Assembly (NCBI GenBank): GCA_002104905.1
Contig: MCFE01000089.1
Coordinates: forward strand, 112,664-176,663
DNA length: 64,000 nucleotides
From: Basidiobolus meristosporus CBS 931.73
Taxonomy: Eukaryota; Fungi; Basidiobolomycota
Reading direction: 5' to 3'
The notes below the pieces were generated by a model, which did no database searches, was not told the origin of the DNA, and saw only the letters and a list, made by a program, of their open reading frames with translations. The stretch's first letter is position 1; each line of letters opens with the position of its first letter. Positions 12,147 through 24,687 of this stretch are shown here, in pieces. The position numbers and the translations under genes were made by a program.

Positions 12147-13908
12147 TGTGAAAGTATCTTTGGGATGGACAATCCTTGAACATGGCTAGCCATATTTATA
12201 CTTGACGCGAAGCAAATATAACCATTTTGGTGAGGAGCTGAGTCTACCATTTAGGAAGGGCAACACACTGTGCCACAGCATAGCGCTCAGCCGGATATAT
12301 TGATCAAGCTGGTGGCACAATGGCAGCATTAGAGTTCGGATGAAACCTTGCAAATCAAGTGAGAATCCGGGTTTGGTTCTGGTATGATTCTGCTATGATT
12401 TCGACCAGGTTCCAGCAAAATACCTGTTGGGCGACAACGGGAATGTTTCTTCGTATTCGATAGGACAGCTGAAATGGATAAATGAAAGCGGACAAATATT
12501 ACACAATGCCCGCTTCTATATACTTGGACACTCTTTCAACGATGTTGATCACTATTGTTCCCCTAGATATTGGTATGAAGAACAACAGCTGGATGGTGAT
12601 ACTCAATGGTGGTGTGAAGAATAGCAGCTAGATGGTGTTACTGTGCACTTTATTTAATCCGCGGTCTAGACTCTGACTCATACAGCACTTATTCTTGTCA
12701 TCATTTCTGTTACTTGACAGTTGGCAAACGATGCAATAGATGCCAGGATCTTCATTCACCGGTTCGAGCGCTTTGTTCAATGGTGCCACCTTCCTTCTGG
12801 CGCTTGTCTATAAATCACATATTCTGGAGATTGGCTATGCTCCCTTGGTGTTACAGTGATTTTCGCCACGAGAATGACCAACCTCTCAGAGGAAAGTATA
12901 GGATATTGCAGCAGTCATTCTTGTGGTTAGCACAATCCAGTATTCTAGCTGGCAACCTCTAAATGTATCCGATGGCGAGACTGATGTTCTACTATAAAGC
13001 TACTAAGATTTGATACACAAAGCTAAGCCAATAGTAAGTTCTAGCGTTGCTTTTATTCCAAATGACTACGTACTACTGAGAGTTGACCTTTGATTAAGTA
13101 TGCGAACTGACAACGGTCTGAAGCTTGTTATCGGCCATTGATGCTACGCAAAGGTATTCCAATACAATCGTGAAGAATTGAGCGGTCTGAGTAGTTTGAA
13201 TTTGAGAGGAGCTTAGGGAAATTAGCAACCAGGCTGAGTCAATAAAACAAGTCCGTATCAAGCAAATATTTTAATTCTCCCAATTACTTTTAGTATTCCC
13301 CAAAAAAATCTTTCTTCACTGTAATTATATCTTAGTAAATTGATACTCCCGGCAGATCTTGGAAAAGTGGTGTGAGTATTATCATAATTATGGGTGGAAG
13401 ACTGGACTTGGGTGAGCAGTTAATAGTGTTATATGATCAATTACAACCACTAAGCTATAGCAAGCATATCGAGAGTACTTATTTGGAGCTGTTAATGAGC
13501 TTAAAGCTTTTTACGCTTGGTGTATGTAAGCAAGTTTGCACATATAGAGTCAGCATTTTATAATATCAGCAGAGAGCCAATAGCTAAAATTCATCCTTTG
13601 AATACTAATATGCTATGCAGACATATATACTGCACAAGTCTTTATGCGCTAGGGTAAGTTCTACTCCATGTAATAATTGGGTTTACTATCTAACTTTATT
13701 CCTGTCAATTGCATAGCTTTATCCAAGTTAGGTTAGTGGTGGGGAGATATATTGGGAATTTGTATTTGTTGGAAATATAGAGCTTGGCACTAAGGGAATA
13801 TGTATTTGGTGGAAATATAGAGCTTGGTACATATACTATTAGTGGAAAAGTCCATATTTCTGTAGACCTTCATTGCAACTTTATTTGCAATACCACTGCA
13901 GCATTTCT

Positions 13909-14255
13909 TGTTATGAAGTTTGTAATTCCCCTTGAATATTCACCTAAATTAGTCACCTGAGTGATCACTCACAAATCATGGAGAAAACCCACTAAGTTCC
14001 TTACTGGGACTTGCTTAGAATAGCTTCACCAAAAAATCAGGCACCCAGAACATGACATTGCAGAAAGTTGACCAAATAGCCCCAATCTCTGCTCATATGT
14101 TGTTGGGACCATTCTGAACATGTTCTGTATGTTTGCATTGCCAAGACTGTATAAAAGACTAAATATTACCTTTACATATAATAAATCATAGAGTGAAATC
14201 CACATAATTTACTTGCCCTACAATCACTTCCAATATCTCCAAAACTCTTATATTA
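13909..14255 (+). mobile_element. Copia 5' LTR followed by PBS-like ttatgagcccc
   Basis: TGTTAT start. The family consensus end is GACTCTTACAACA, followed by a GGTTATGAGCCC-like PBS and leader. Confidence 0.7.
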
Positions 14256-14297
14256 TATTATGAGCCCCAAGCTGTCACTCTCTGCAGTGCTTACTAC

Positions 14298-14985
14298 TGT
14301 TGTTAGGGTCTTAGAGATAATGGAAGTGATTGGGAGAATAAGTAGATTATGTGGTTTTGCTTAGTAATTTATTGCATGTTGAGGTAGTGTTTATACTTTT
14401 ACATGATCATACCATAAAAAACACATAAAATATATTTAGAAGGGTCCCTAGATCATGCAGGCAAAGATTTGGGGTGCTTGGCCAACTTTGGAACTTTTAT
14501 GTTCTGTGTACCTGATGTTTTGGTGAAGATATCCTAATTAAAATCATGACAAGAGTTTGGTAGATATTCTCCAGGATATGTTGGTAGTCACTCAAGTCAT
14601 TGAGTAGGGTGAATATTTAGGTGGAGTTACAAACTTTTATAACACTCCTGCTCAATTAAATCTGTTCAATTAAATATTCATACCAACTAGTCCCAATTGT
14701 GACCTAAGAAATTCAAATTTGTCCCTAGCTGATGGTCTGATAAATATGTCAGCCATCATTTCACCAGTAGGACAGAGGAATAAATAGCCAAGTTACTCTC
14801 TATAACGCATCTTTAATATCTGCAAGCTTAGTTGTAGCATGAATATTTGAATTTCTACCAAATTGTATACATCCTTGATTAGATTGAAACCAAATAATAG
14901 GAGCTTTTTGACATATGCCAACATCTTTGAGAAGCTTTCATGGCCATACTTTTTCTTTTTACATAGATATTCACCTAAATTAATC
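14298..14985 (-). mobile_element. Copia 3' LTR (14298-14644) plus PPT and RNase H remnant, inserted in the leader of the + copy
   Basis: Same LTR family in inverted orientation. The polypurine tract (gagcaggag) abuts the LTR, and the RNase H end is homologous to 17502-17780. Confidence 0.7.
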
Positions 14986-15287
14986 ACTTAGATCATTACC
15001 TTCAAATCCTAGGGAATACTGACCAAATTCCTTGTCAGGATTTACTTGGAGTATTTTCACCAAAATACCAGGTACCCAGAACATGAAAATTCTCAAAGTT
15101 GTCCAAACAGCCCCAATCTTTGCACACATGCTCTTGGGACCTCTCTTAGCCTATTCTACATGTTTGTAATGCCAAGACCATGTAAAAGTATAAATACTAC
15201 TTTTACATTCAATAAATCATTAAGTGAAATCCACATAATCTACTTGTTCTCCCAATCACTTCCAATATCTCCAAGACTCTTACAACA
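14968..15287 (+). mobile_element. 5'-truncated copia LTR of the same family
   Basis: attcacctaaatt...caatcacttccaatatctccaagactcttacaaca matches the other copies. No PBS follows. Confidence 0.65.
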
Positions 15288-15399
15288 CATGAGAACCTTC
15301 TGAGTTGGAATATCTATGTATTGGGTGAAAAGTTATTCTGGTGTGTAAAATACTGAGATGCTCCAAAGTCAAAATACCATGTCTGAAAATTCTTGTTTG

Positions 15400-16391
15400 T
15401 GGTCATGTTTATTGCAGATATGAATAGTCTACCTTGAGTTGTGGCAGCATTCCCTTGTTCAGGCTTTTTCTGCTGATTTGTCTTTTTGGAGGCATTGGTC
15501 TGATGTGTGCCCTTTCCTTTTGCAGTAGTTGTGAAGCAAGTTGCTGTTGACTCTAAAGGGTATTGAGTACCCCTTTTTTTGTTTTCATTGCCTATTGTGC
15601 CATTTTTGTACTCCTTCTTATTGGCACTTGATTTTCTTAATTCTTCATCCAGGAGTCAGCATCTTAGTAGTAATAAGTTTTCCTGTAAGCTACACTTTCT
15701 TAGCAGCTGAACATGGCAGGTGGGTGTCTTCTAATGCCTTCTAGGAGTTCTTTGTGATTTTTGCTCTTGAGCATTGAATCAGCAATTTGTCTTTAACATT
15801 AAGGCAAATGCAGTTAATGACACTTTGTTTTTTCTTGTGGTACTTTAAGGCTTCTGCTCCTAAATTTTTGGGAGGGCATTCTTCTCCCATAACAATACTG
15901 CAAAGACCTCTTTCCTGTAGCAGCATATTCATCTTCACCTTCCAGACTTGTTAGTTAGTTCCTTCCAACTTTTCAACAGAGGAAAAATTCCAGTAATACT
16001 GGTAGTGAACATTGCAAAGAGTGACAGTTTAGGACTAATAACCTATTGTAAGAGTCTTGGAGATATTGGAAGTGATAGGAAGAGCAAGCATCTTATGTAG
16101 TGTGCACTTAATTACTCATTGCATGCAAAGGTGGAATTATACTTTTACCTAGTTTTGTGATCAAAAGCATATGAGATAGGTATTGGATTGTCTTAAGAAC
16201 ATGTTTGCAAAGTCTGGCGCTGTTTGGACAAATTTGAGAATTTTGATGCTCTGGATATCTGGTCTTTTGGTGAAAATATTCTAAGTAAATCCCAACAAGG
16301 AACTTGGTCAGTATTCTCTAAGATTTGTAGGTTATAATTTAAGTGAATAAGTTAGGTAAGTATTCAGATGGAATTACAAACTTTTGCAACA
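15400..16391 (-). mobile_element. Copia 5' LTR (16044-16391), PBS and gag remnant
   Basis: The LTR is followed by ggttattagtcc (PBS-like). Gag reads KMNMLLQERGLCSIVMGEE..ICLNVKDKLLIQCSRAK, and a decayed CCHC knuckle lies near 15500. Confidence 0.75.
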
Positions 16392-16768
16392 TTAATAAAC
16401 TCTGAGCTTTTACTCTTGGTGTATATAAGCATGTCTGTACATATACAGTCAGCATGCTTTTAGTATCATCAGAGTACCAATAGAAAGACTGCATCCTTCA
16501 AATGCTAATATGCTTTGAAGACATATACAGTGCACAAAGCTTTATGCACTAGGGTGAGTTCCACTCTATATTATACTTAGGTATGCTATCTAACTTTTTT
16601 CTCTTCAATTGCTTAGCTCTATCCAAGATAAGTTAGCAGTGGGGAGATCCATAGGGAATATGTATTTGGTGGAAATATAGAGCTTGGTACCTATACTATT
16701 AGTGGAAAAGTTCATATATCTGTAGACCTTCATTGCAGCTTTATTTGCAGTACCACTGCAGCACTTCT

Positions 16769-17115
16769 TGTTATAGAGTTTGCAATTCCCCTTAAATATT
16801 CACCTAAATTAGTCACTTGAGTGATTGCCTGCATATGTTAGAGAAAACCCACCAAGTTCCTTGCTGGGACTCACTTAGAATAGCTTCACCAGAATATCAG
16901 GTACCCAGAACATGACATTGCAGAAATTTGACCAAACAGCCCTAATCTCTGTGCACATGTTGTTGGGACCATTCTGAGCATGTTTTGCATGTTTGCATTG
17001 CCAAGACTATATAAAAGATTAACTATTACCTTTACATATAATAAGTCATAGAGTGAAAGCCATATAATCTACATGTCATGAGATCACTGGCAGTATCTCC
17101 AAAGCTCTTATAATA
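16769..17115 (+). mobile_element. Copia 5' LTR with PBS-like sequence (duplicate of 13909-14255)
   Basis: Aligns with 13909-14255 at offset 2860, including the upstream flank and downstream leader. Confidence 0.7.
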
Positions 17116-17157
17116 GATTATGACTCCCAAGCTGTCACTCTCTCCAATGTTCACTAC

Positions 17158-18490
17158 TGTTATTAGGGTCTTGGAGATATTGGAAGTGATTGGGGGAACA
17201 AGTAGATTATGTGGTTTTGTTTAATGATTTGTTGCATGTTAAGGTAGTGTTTATAGTTTTACATGGTCTTGGCATAAAAACACATAGAATATGCTTAGGA
17301 AGGGTCCAAGAGCATGTGGGCAAAGATTGGGGCTGTGTGGACAACTTTGTGAATTTTCATGATGTGGGTACCTATTGTATTGGTAAAAATATTCCAAGTA
17401 AATTGCAACATGGAGTTTTGTAAATATTCTCTAAGATTTGTTGGTAACCACTCAGGTCAAGTTGGGAAAATATATAGGTGGTATTACAATCTCTTATAAC
17501 ACTCCTACTCAGTTAAATGTTCATACTAACCAGTCCTAATTGAGACCTAAAATATTCAAATTTGTCTCTAGTTAATGGTTTGGTAGATATGTCAGCAATC
17601 ATTTCATCCATAGGACAGTAAGCAAAGTTAACTAAGTTGTTTGCTATAGCTTCATGTGTGATATGATGCCTAATATATTTGTGCCTATTCCTATCATGAG
17701 AAGTTTGATCTCTACCTAATTGCATACATCCTTGAATGTCTTGAGTTAAAGTAATGAGTATTGTTTGACATAAGCCTAAAACCTTAAAAAGCTTTCTTAA
17801 ACACATTGCTACTTTTGCAGCCTCACAGGCTGCCATACACACTACTTCTGTGGTGGAATGTGCTATGGCTGGCTGCTTTCTTGAATTTCATGAAATTCCT
17901 CTTTTACAGTAAAGAAAGGTGTAATTGGTTGTGGATCTTTGGTCTTTAGATTTGTCCCCAATCAGCATCAGAATATCCCACAAGATTTTGTTTAAGTCCT
18001 TACAGGTGAGCCTTGAGCAGTTATCAGTAGTTCCTTTTATGTATCTAAAAATCTGCTTAACTTCCACAATATGATCAGATACACAGTTTTGATTATGCTG
18101 GCTGACAACTTGCACAAAATTGGAGATATCTTGACATGTTTCAAGCATTATATACACCAAACCGTCAATCATAGATTGATAAGGGAATTCTGGGATTTCA
18201 GATGGCACCAAGCTCTGTTAATTTGGTTGAGTTTTGACCAAGTTAAGGTTTGTCTACATTGGGGGTGGCTACCAGTTTACAGTATTTCATTTGGTACTTC
18301 ATTAGTATATTTTGATTATACTTGGATTGGCTTAGAGTGGTAGTCTGGGTACCTCTGTCTATGGAGAACTTTATTCCTAAGTAGTAACTGAGTTCTCCTA
18401 GATTGGACATCTTGAACTCCATAAATAGGCTGGACTTAGTCACTTCCAATGTTTCTTGGCTATTGGTGGCTATAATAGAATCATCCACAA
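17158..18490 (-). mobile_element. Copia 3' LTR (17158-17501), PPT and RT/RNase H remnant
   Basis: ORF fragments MSNLGELSYYLGIKF, VKQIFRYIKGT, MAACEAAKVAMCLRKL and EMIADISTKPLTRDKFEYFRSQLGL. Confidence 0.85.
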
Positions 18491-18499
18491 GGAACTATC

Positions 18500-18840
18500 C
18501 AAGCTAATCTCAGTAGCAGTGAAGGAAACAACATACTTACCTTCCAAGATGTACTCTATGTACCAGAAATTGCCAAGAACCTACTATGTGTAATCAAGGC
18601 CACTGCAGAAGGACTCAGTTTCAGTTTTGACAATTATGAATTTGTGCTTGTATTGCTTTGGGCATCAGAGATCAGAATCTATACAAGTTGACTTATATTC
18701 CATCATATCTGGAAGCCAATATATGTAACCTAAATGAAGAAACACCAATGCTTTGGCACAGGAGATTTGGACACATCAATTTTGATTATTTGCGCAAAAT
18801 GATCAAAGATCAGCTGATTTCCGGAGTAAGAATTGATCCC
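18500..18840 (+). mobile_element. Copia pol fragment (GAG-pre-integrase region)
   Basis: YVPEIAKNLL-like segment followed by LWHRRFGHINFDYLRKM. Confidence 0.7.
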
Positions 18841-18849
18841 TCTTTGATG

Positions 18850-21800
18850 CCTCTGAAAATTCTCGATTGTTACCCGGTTGAGATCAGGTCGGTTGATTTA
18901 ATTAATCTAGAGTGATCGATACTTCAATGAAAATCATCTTGACGACCTTGGAGGCCTCTGCCTGCTAACCTCTCTACCCATCTTTAAAGGTGTGAACCAT
19001 CGATGATCCACTGACTAATGGTTAGGCTGCAACAGACGGTTGAAGAGTAGGATGGTGAAACTGGGGCTACATCGGACAACCTTGTTAACATTCGCACTGT
19101 TGCTGAGCACACCATGATTCAGTAGCATGAAGTGTTGATCCACCAAACAGGTCACAACCCATCTCCAGCAAGGTGCGTAGGAAACAGGGGGTGGCGTAAA
19201 CCGAACGGTTAACGGAAATTTCAAACGTGTAAGGCGCTGATGACACCTCGTCTAGACTGTGGGAATCCCGAAGAGACTGGGATTGGCAACCTGATCCAAT
19301 GACCACCCAACCAACAAAGATTCCGTGCAGAATTGATTCGGACCACCATTTTACAAAATAGCGTAATTGAGAAACCTCAGCAGACGAGTATGCCCAATAG
19401 CCACAGGGACAGGCCGGTCAGGGGATACTAGAGCGTTGGAAAGTGGAAATGGGTTTCGTTGCTGTCAAACTCCACACCCGAACCAGCGATAGCGAATTGT
19501 CAGCAACAATACCAGAAAACCCCCCGGGATCGTCCATGGAGCTATGAGAATTCCACGGAAGAGCCCGCGCCATATATCTCTGATCACCACAATACGGAGA
19601 AACCAATGCACATGTTTGATAAGGGAATTATTCCCAGGTGATCCCAGCCACCGTACGTCGGTCATACCTAGAAGGGGTTAATACAGGCCTACTCGAGCTT
19701 CATCCCGTACACATAGAGCCACCAGCTTGGTAGAACATCCAAAAGACTGGCTTACGTTCACTTGCATACTCACGGTGCTGCACCATATGTAGGCAGCGAA
19801 ACCATGCCCAATGGGAGGATTGATTGATCAAGGCTGCAATTTGCCACGGGAACAGGGGACCGAGCCACCACCACAAGTATACAGAATCCCTCGGCGAACA
19901 CAGTTTATCCACCATGGCTGCATGAGCATTTGCATCAACCTGATGGCGACAACCAACGTGGTCTCCCCATGGCCAACAACCGGAAAAATCCAGATTGGGA
20001 GTCGATCCATGAGCATCTTCATTACGCAATGCATCTGTGCATCTGTGCATGACCAAGTATCCTTTAGTAATCAAGATCGTACGATGGGATCTTTGGATCC
20101 CCACCCATGACACGACGCCTATCACCCAACAGGAATATTTGCCATGGAACATGGATTTCCGTGTCGACTCTACCGACTGCTAAAGAAATCCCCACATCCA
20201 GCATGAGGATGGGATCAACCAAGCGGCGGAGCTACCACCGCTACCGTTCACCTCGTTGTACCCGAGAGCCACCACCTGAACGATCGAAGGCGCCCCTCCC
20301 CCTCCCCCCACACCCCGCCCATGTAACAACTTGGCAACCCTAGTGACTACGCAGCAGGATCGCAGATGAGAGTGCGGCCAAAGAAGGAAACCAGCGCTGG
20401 GGAAAGAGCTTATTACTCTCAACATCCAGCGAATCCGATGGGTGGATTCGAAAATAAGAGCTAGGTATAGCCAAGTGGCGGTTGGATAAAGAACACATGA
20501 TGTCCCATCCAATCGACCGATATACCGCATTCGGGGATCCTTTGTCTCGACGTTAAGAATCAATTTCGATGAGCTCGATAAATGGGTAGCAACTCTAACT
20601 CTGATAGTATTCCCATAACCGGCGATGGGTTCGTCGATTGGGCCAGGAGGTTAAATCGCCTTCCATATGAGGCAGGCCCATCCCACTCTTTGCTTTCCAC
20701 TGTTACTCGATGGTCCCCATCGGCGCCATGCAATGCAAAGATATAGCCAAATGTCCTATGGTAGGGAATTACCATGTTAGGTTGGGCTCGGCCACGGTTC
20801 CATCCACCTCCATCGTTTAGAGGGCATTGCTTCAATGAATGCGCCAAGGGGAAGCTCAACTACACTACCACCATCGCCCGCAGAGGCGGACTGCTGATGG
20901 TATCTGGTGATCCATGATTTTCAGGGAGAGTTTGCTGTGCTTATTCAGCATGGAGGGAGCAGGCGATTCACCCAAATAGGCCACTGGCCATTCATGTTGC
21001 CAGTACGATATGGAGTTATCTTGGCAATCACGCACTCGAAACGGGCCACCCCACCAGCAATACCTAGTGCCACCGTAGTGCGTGTCACTCACCCTTGGAC
21101 TTGCATTTGGGTATCCAATTATGGCCGCCAGGTGGCCTAACAAATACAGATTGCAATAATGGGAATGCTCAGGATAATCCGGCCTATTGTGGCCATCATA
21201 GGCATTTTGTGGAACATTACGGGATCTATTGGAAAGGAAGTAAGCCTGACGTACTCCCATCCAATGGCCAGAGTTGCCTTTTTCGACGGACGGATTTTCT
21301 TTTAATGCTGGAGGGCGGTTTTGATCCCTTGATGGTATCCTGATCGGCACAAGCTCCCAAGGCCGCTCTCGATGCATACCGGCGATTCAACAGGTTTCCG
21401 AGAGGGTTCGAGAGATGAACGGCTCAGCAATGGATGGTCAACCTTTAGTCAAGTGGAGGGGCAGATTGTTTTCAAATCCGCTACAGTAAGAGCTGGGCAA
21501 GCCGGGCGTATTCTGGAGAGATCCACGATGCACTTGCCTCTGAGCGAACATGTTTGGTCCGCATCAATGGCAAATCCCAATGCAGCTGGACACTGTTTAC
21601 TCGGAGGGATGGGTTACACAGCATTCGGGGTAGCCTCTTAGGAAATTGCCGGAGAGATTCCATCCCCATTTTCGGCCTTCTAACAAGAACACCTCAATCT
21701 CAAGGTAGAATACTGCCAGCATACAAGGCCAGATGACTGGAAACCTTGACACAGATCACAAGCCTCACCAATATGAACACTTCTCCACTCTGGATGCTGT

Positions 21801-22600
21801 TGAAGACTAATTGAGAAAGGAGTCGACTTGTGCATCACATGGGTTGGTGCCCAATTTAACTCAAAGATGGAGGCCCTAGATCAATGATCGATAACTGATA
21901 AACGGTGTTTAACATAGGTCGGCTGATGATCTATTCGAAATCAAGGCCTGGATAGCCATCGATATCAAATGGCATTCAGACCGCGTAAGGCTATCCTGGA
22001 GTAATCAAGCTTCCTGTGTTTAAGCATGTCAGCTCGCACGCACTAACCCGGCAAGCAGGGAAATATGAAACCAACCGTAAGGCTATGGCCGTGGTAACGA
22101 GTGGGGCAATTCGAGGTATGATCGTGGCTTTGGATTCGAATACGGAAAATAGGGCGGCAAACCTTGGCACTGTCCGGCCAAAGGAACATTTATGGCCAGT
22201 TCTCGCAGATCTGCTTCCAATGCCTAAGTAACTCCGTATTGAGGCTGAATTGAGTCACAATCCGAATGACATTGCTTATTGCATTGCTGAACTCAGTTAC
22301 GTAAAGATTGGCTGCTCTATTGCCAAATCAAGCCATCAACCAACCTGGTTGGTCATGATGCTGAAAGAGGGATTTCTAGTAATGTGGAAGGCCTGGATGA
22401 ATCCGTGTGGGCTTTATTAGGGGGATTTGGTGACTTGAGAATGGCTATGCCATTGGTGTTGTAAGGTCTGGTCATAGGGATTGAGAGAAAAGGCGCATGT
22501 GGGAATACATAACCATCCTCTGGATTTCCCACAATTGCAAAGAATGATGATAACTCGTCTATTTGGAGATCTTGAGTCACTGGACAATTTGACAAATGTG
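18850..22600 (-). mobile_element. Highly degenerate Ty3/gypsy (sushi/chromovirus-like) remnant
   Basis: Eroded motifs in gag-PR-RT-IN order on the minus strand: protease C-terminus YPTATWLYLALIFESTHRIRW (compare PTAPLVLGLPWLELHNPxIDW), RT/IN-like traces and a RYFVKW chromodomain-like trace. Boundaries are approximate. Confidence 0.5.
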
Positions 22601-22960
22601 CCAAATTAGCCAGGTATATCGATCATGTCTGACAATCTGACGATTGAAGTGAAGTGCCACATAAGGGTTATATGGGTTTCCCGTTTGGTAGGACCAGAAT
22701 AATTCAGCCGAGGCTTGTTGAAATTCTCCGTTTCCGGTATTTTATGGGATTGGAATAGAGGTCAATATAGTCGAGGCATTGGCAGGGTAGGGTGATTCCC
22801 AAAATCCATCGCTAGTTGTGGAGAGGCGACGGTATCACCAGTGGATATAAGAGCGGGTTGCGCCCAGCTCAAGATTTGCAATCATTTGAGGTTTTACTTT
22901 CTTGTTCTCTGTACACTTCTCAAAAGTTTTGTAACATTACATCCACATCCATTCATAATT

Positions 22961-24687
22961 ATGGCCGACAAAGACCTGAAAACTGATAATCGGAACGTTG
23001 TCCATGAGGAGTTGGCACCGCATGACCCTCAGGATTTTACTGGTCTACGACGAGTAGCTAGTGGAATTCCAATCGCCGCTTGGTTTATCATCATCAGTAA
23101 GTGCCTCTTGCCTCATTCCTCACTCTCCTGGAGTAGTCTCTTACCTCTGCTTTCCCTCTTCTAGACGAGTTCTGTGAACGTTTTGCCTACTACGGTGGCT
23201 CAGCACCATTCACCAACTATATACAGTTCCCACCCAACGATCCAAACCAGGCTGGTGCACTAGACAAGGGCCAGTCTGTTTCCACAGCACTGAAGCAGTT
23301 CTTCACCTTCTTCTGCTACCTGACTCCGCTTGTTGGCGCTGTGATCGCAGATCAATACCTTGGAAAGTACAAGACCATCCTCATCTTCTCCATTATTTAT
23401 ATGCTTGGATGGCTCATCGTCACTGTAACCGCCATTCCCTCCATCATGTTTACTGCCGGCTATCCAGGCTACATTGTTTCATTGATCGTAATTGGTCTGG
23501 GCACTGGTGGTATCAAGCCTCTGGTTTCTCCCATGGCTGCTGATCAATACAACCAGACTGAGCCAGAGATTCGCGTGATCAAGGGCGAGCGTGTAGTGGT
23601 GGACCCAGAGCTCAACGCCCAGCACTTGTACAATTGGTTCTACTGGGCGGTGAATGTCGGATCATTGATTGGTGGTATCGTCACACCTCAGATCGAAATC
23701 AACGTTGGCTTCTGGCTTGCATATCTTATTCCTACCTGCATGTTCGTCGTTGCCATCGTCGTCTTTGTTGCTGGTAACAAACTCTATCGCAAGGTCCCCC
23801 CATCTGGAGACTCCGCCATTGTCAAAGGATATCGCTGCTACAAGTATGCCTATCAGCGCGCTTCCAAGGCCAGCGTCAAGCCTGCTAACATTCTGGACGC
23901 AGCCAAGAGTAGCTGCGAGGGGATCCCGGCCGAGACCGAGTCCGAGAGAGCCTCCAGGGTTTGGGATGATCGCTTCGTGGATGATCTGAAGCAAACCATC
24001 ATGGCCTGCAAGATCTTCATTCCCATGGCCATTTACTGGACTGCGTACAACCAGATCACATCCAACTTGATTTCTCAAGCCGCCGCCATGGCTCTCCCTA
24101 AGAACATTCCTAACGACATTATCACCAATATTGATCCTATTGCGTTGGTCATCTTCTTGCCCTGCATGGACCTGTTTGTGTACCCCGTCTTGAGAAAGAT
24201 GAACATGAACCCTCGTCCCATGACTCGTATCACCATTGGCTTCTTCCTTGGTGCCCTCGCCATGGCCGCCTCCGCCATTGTCCAGAACGAGATTTACAGA
24301 CGTCAGGACCACGGCTTGCCCCTTCTTAATGTCTGGTGGCAGATTCCTGCCTACGTTCTCATCGCGTTGTCTGAGATTTTCGCTAGTGTCACATCCTTGG
24401 AGTACTCCTACACCCATGCCCCCGATTCCCTCAAGGGCATGGTATCTGCATTGTCCCTCCTACCCAATGCCATTGCCGCGTTGATTGGTATCGCCCTCTC
24501 ACCAGTCTCTAAGGATCCCTATCTCACCTGGCTGTATGCTGGGATTGGTATCGCGTGCTTCGTGGTAGGCGCCCTCTTCTGGTTCTTCTTCAAGCACTAT
24601 GACCGTCTTGACGACGAGATCAAACTGCAACGGATGAACAGGGGGAATGGGAATAAAGCCGAGGTCAGCGACCAAGTAGATATTTGA
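22961..24687 (+). CDS. PTR2: POT/PTR proton-dependent oligopeptide transporter, copy A; exons 22961-23096 and 23165-24687, about 552 aa
   Basis: Splicing restores NEFCERFAYYG (ExxERFxYYG motif). PTR2 signature GLGTGGIKPLVSPMAADQY, FYWAVNVGS, and a GT-AG intron. Confidence 0.93.

Noticed and set aside
23662-24417. 251-aa antisense ORF, repeated at 27317..28072
   Set aside because: Shadow of the codon-biased PTR2 genes. Its conservation is explained by the paralogy.
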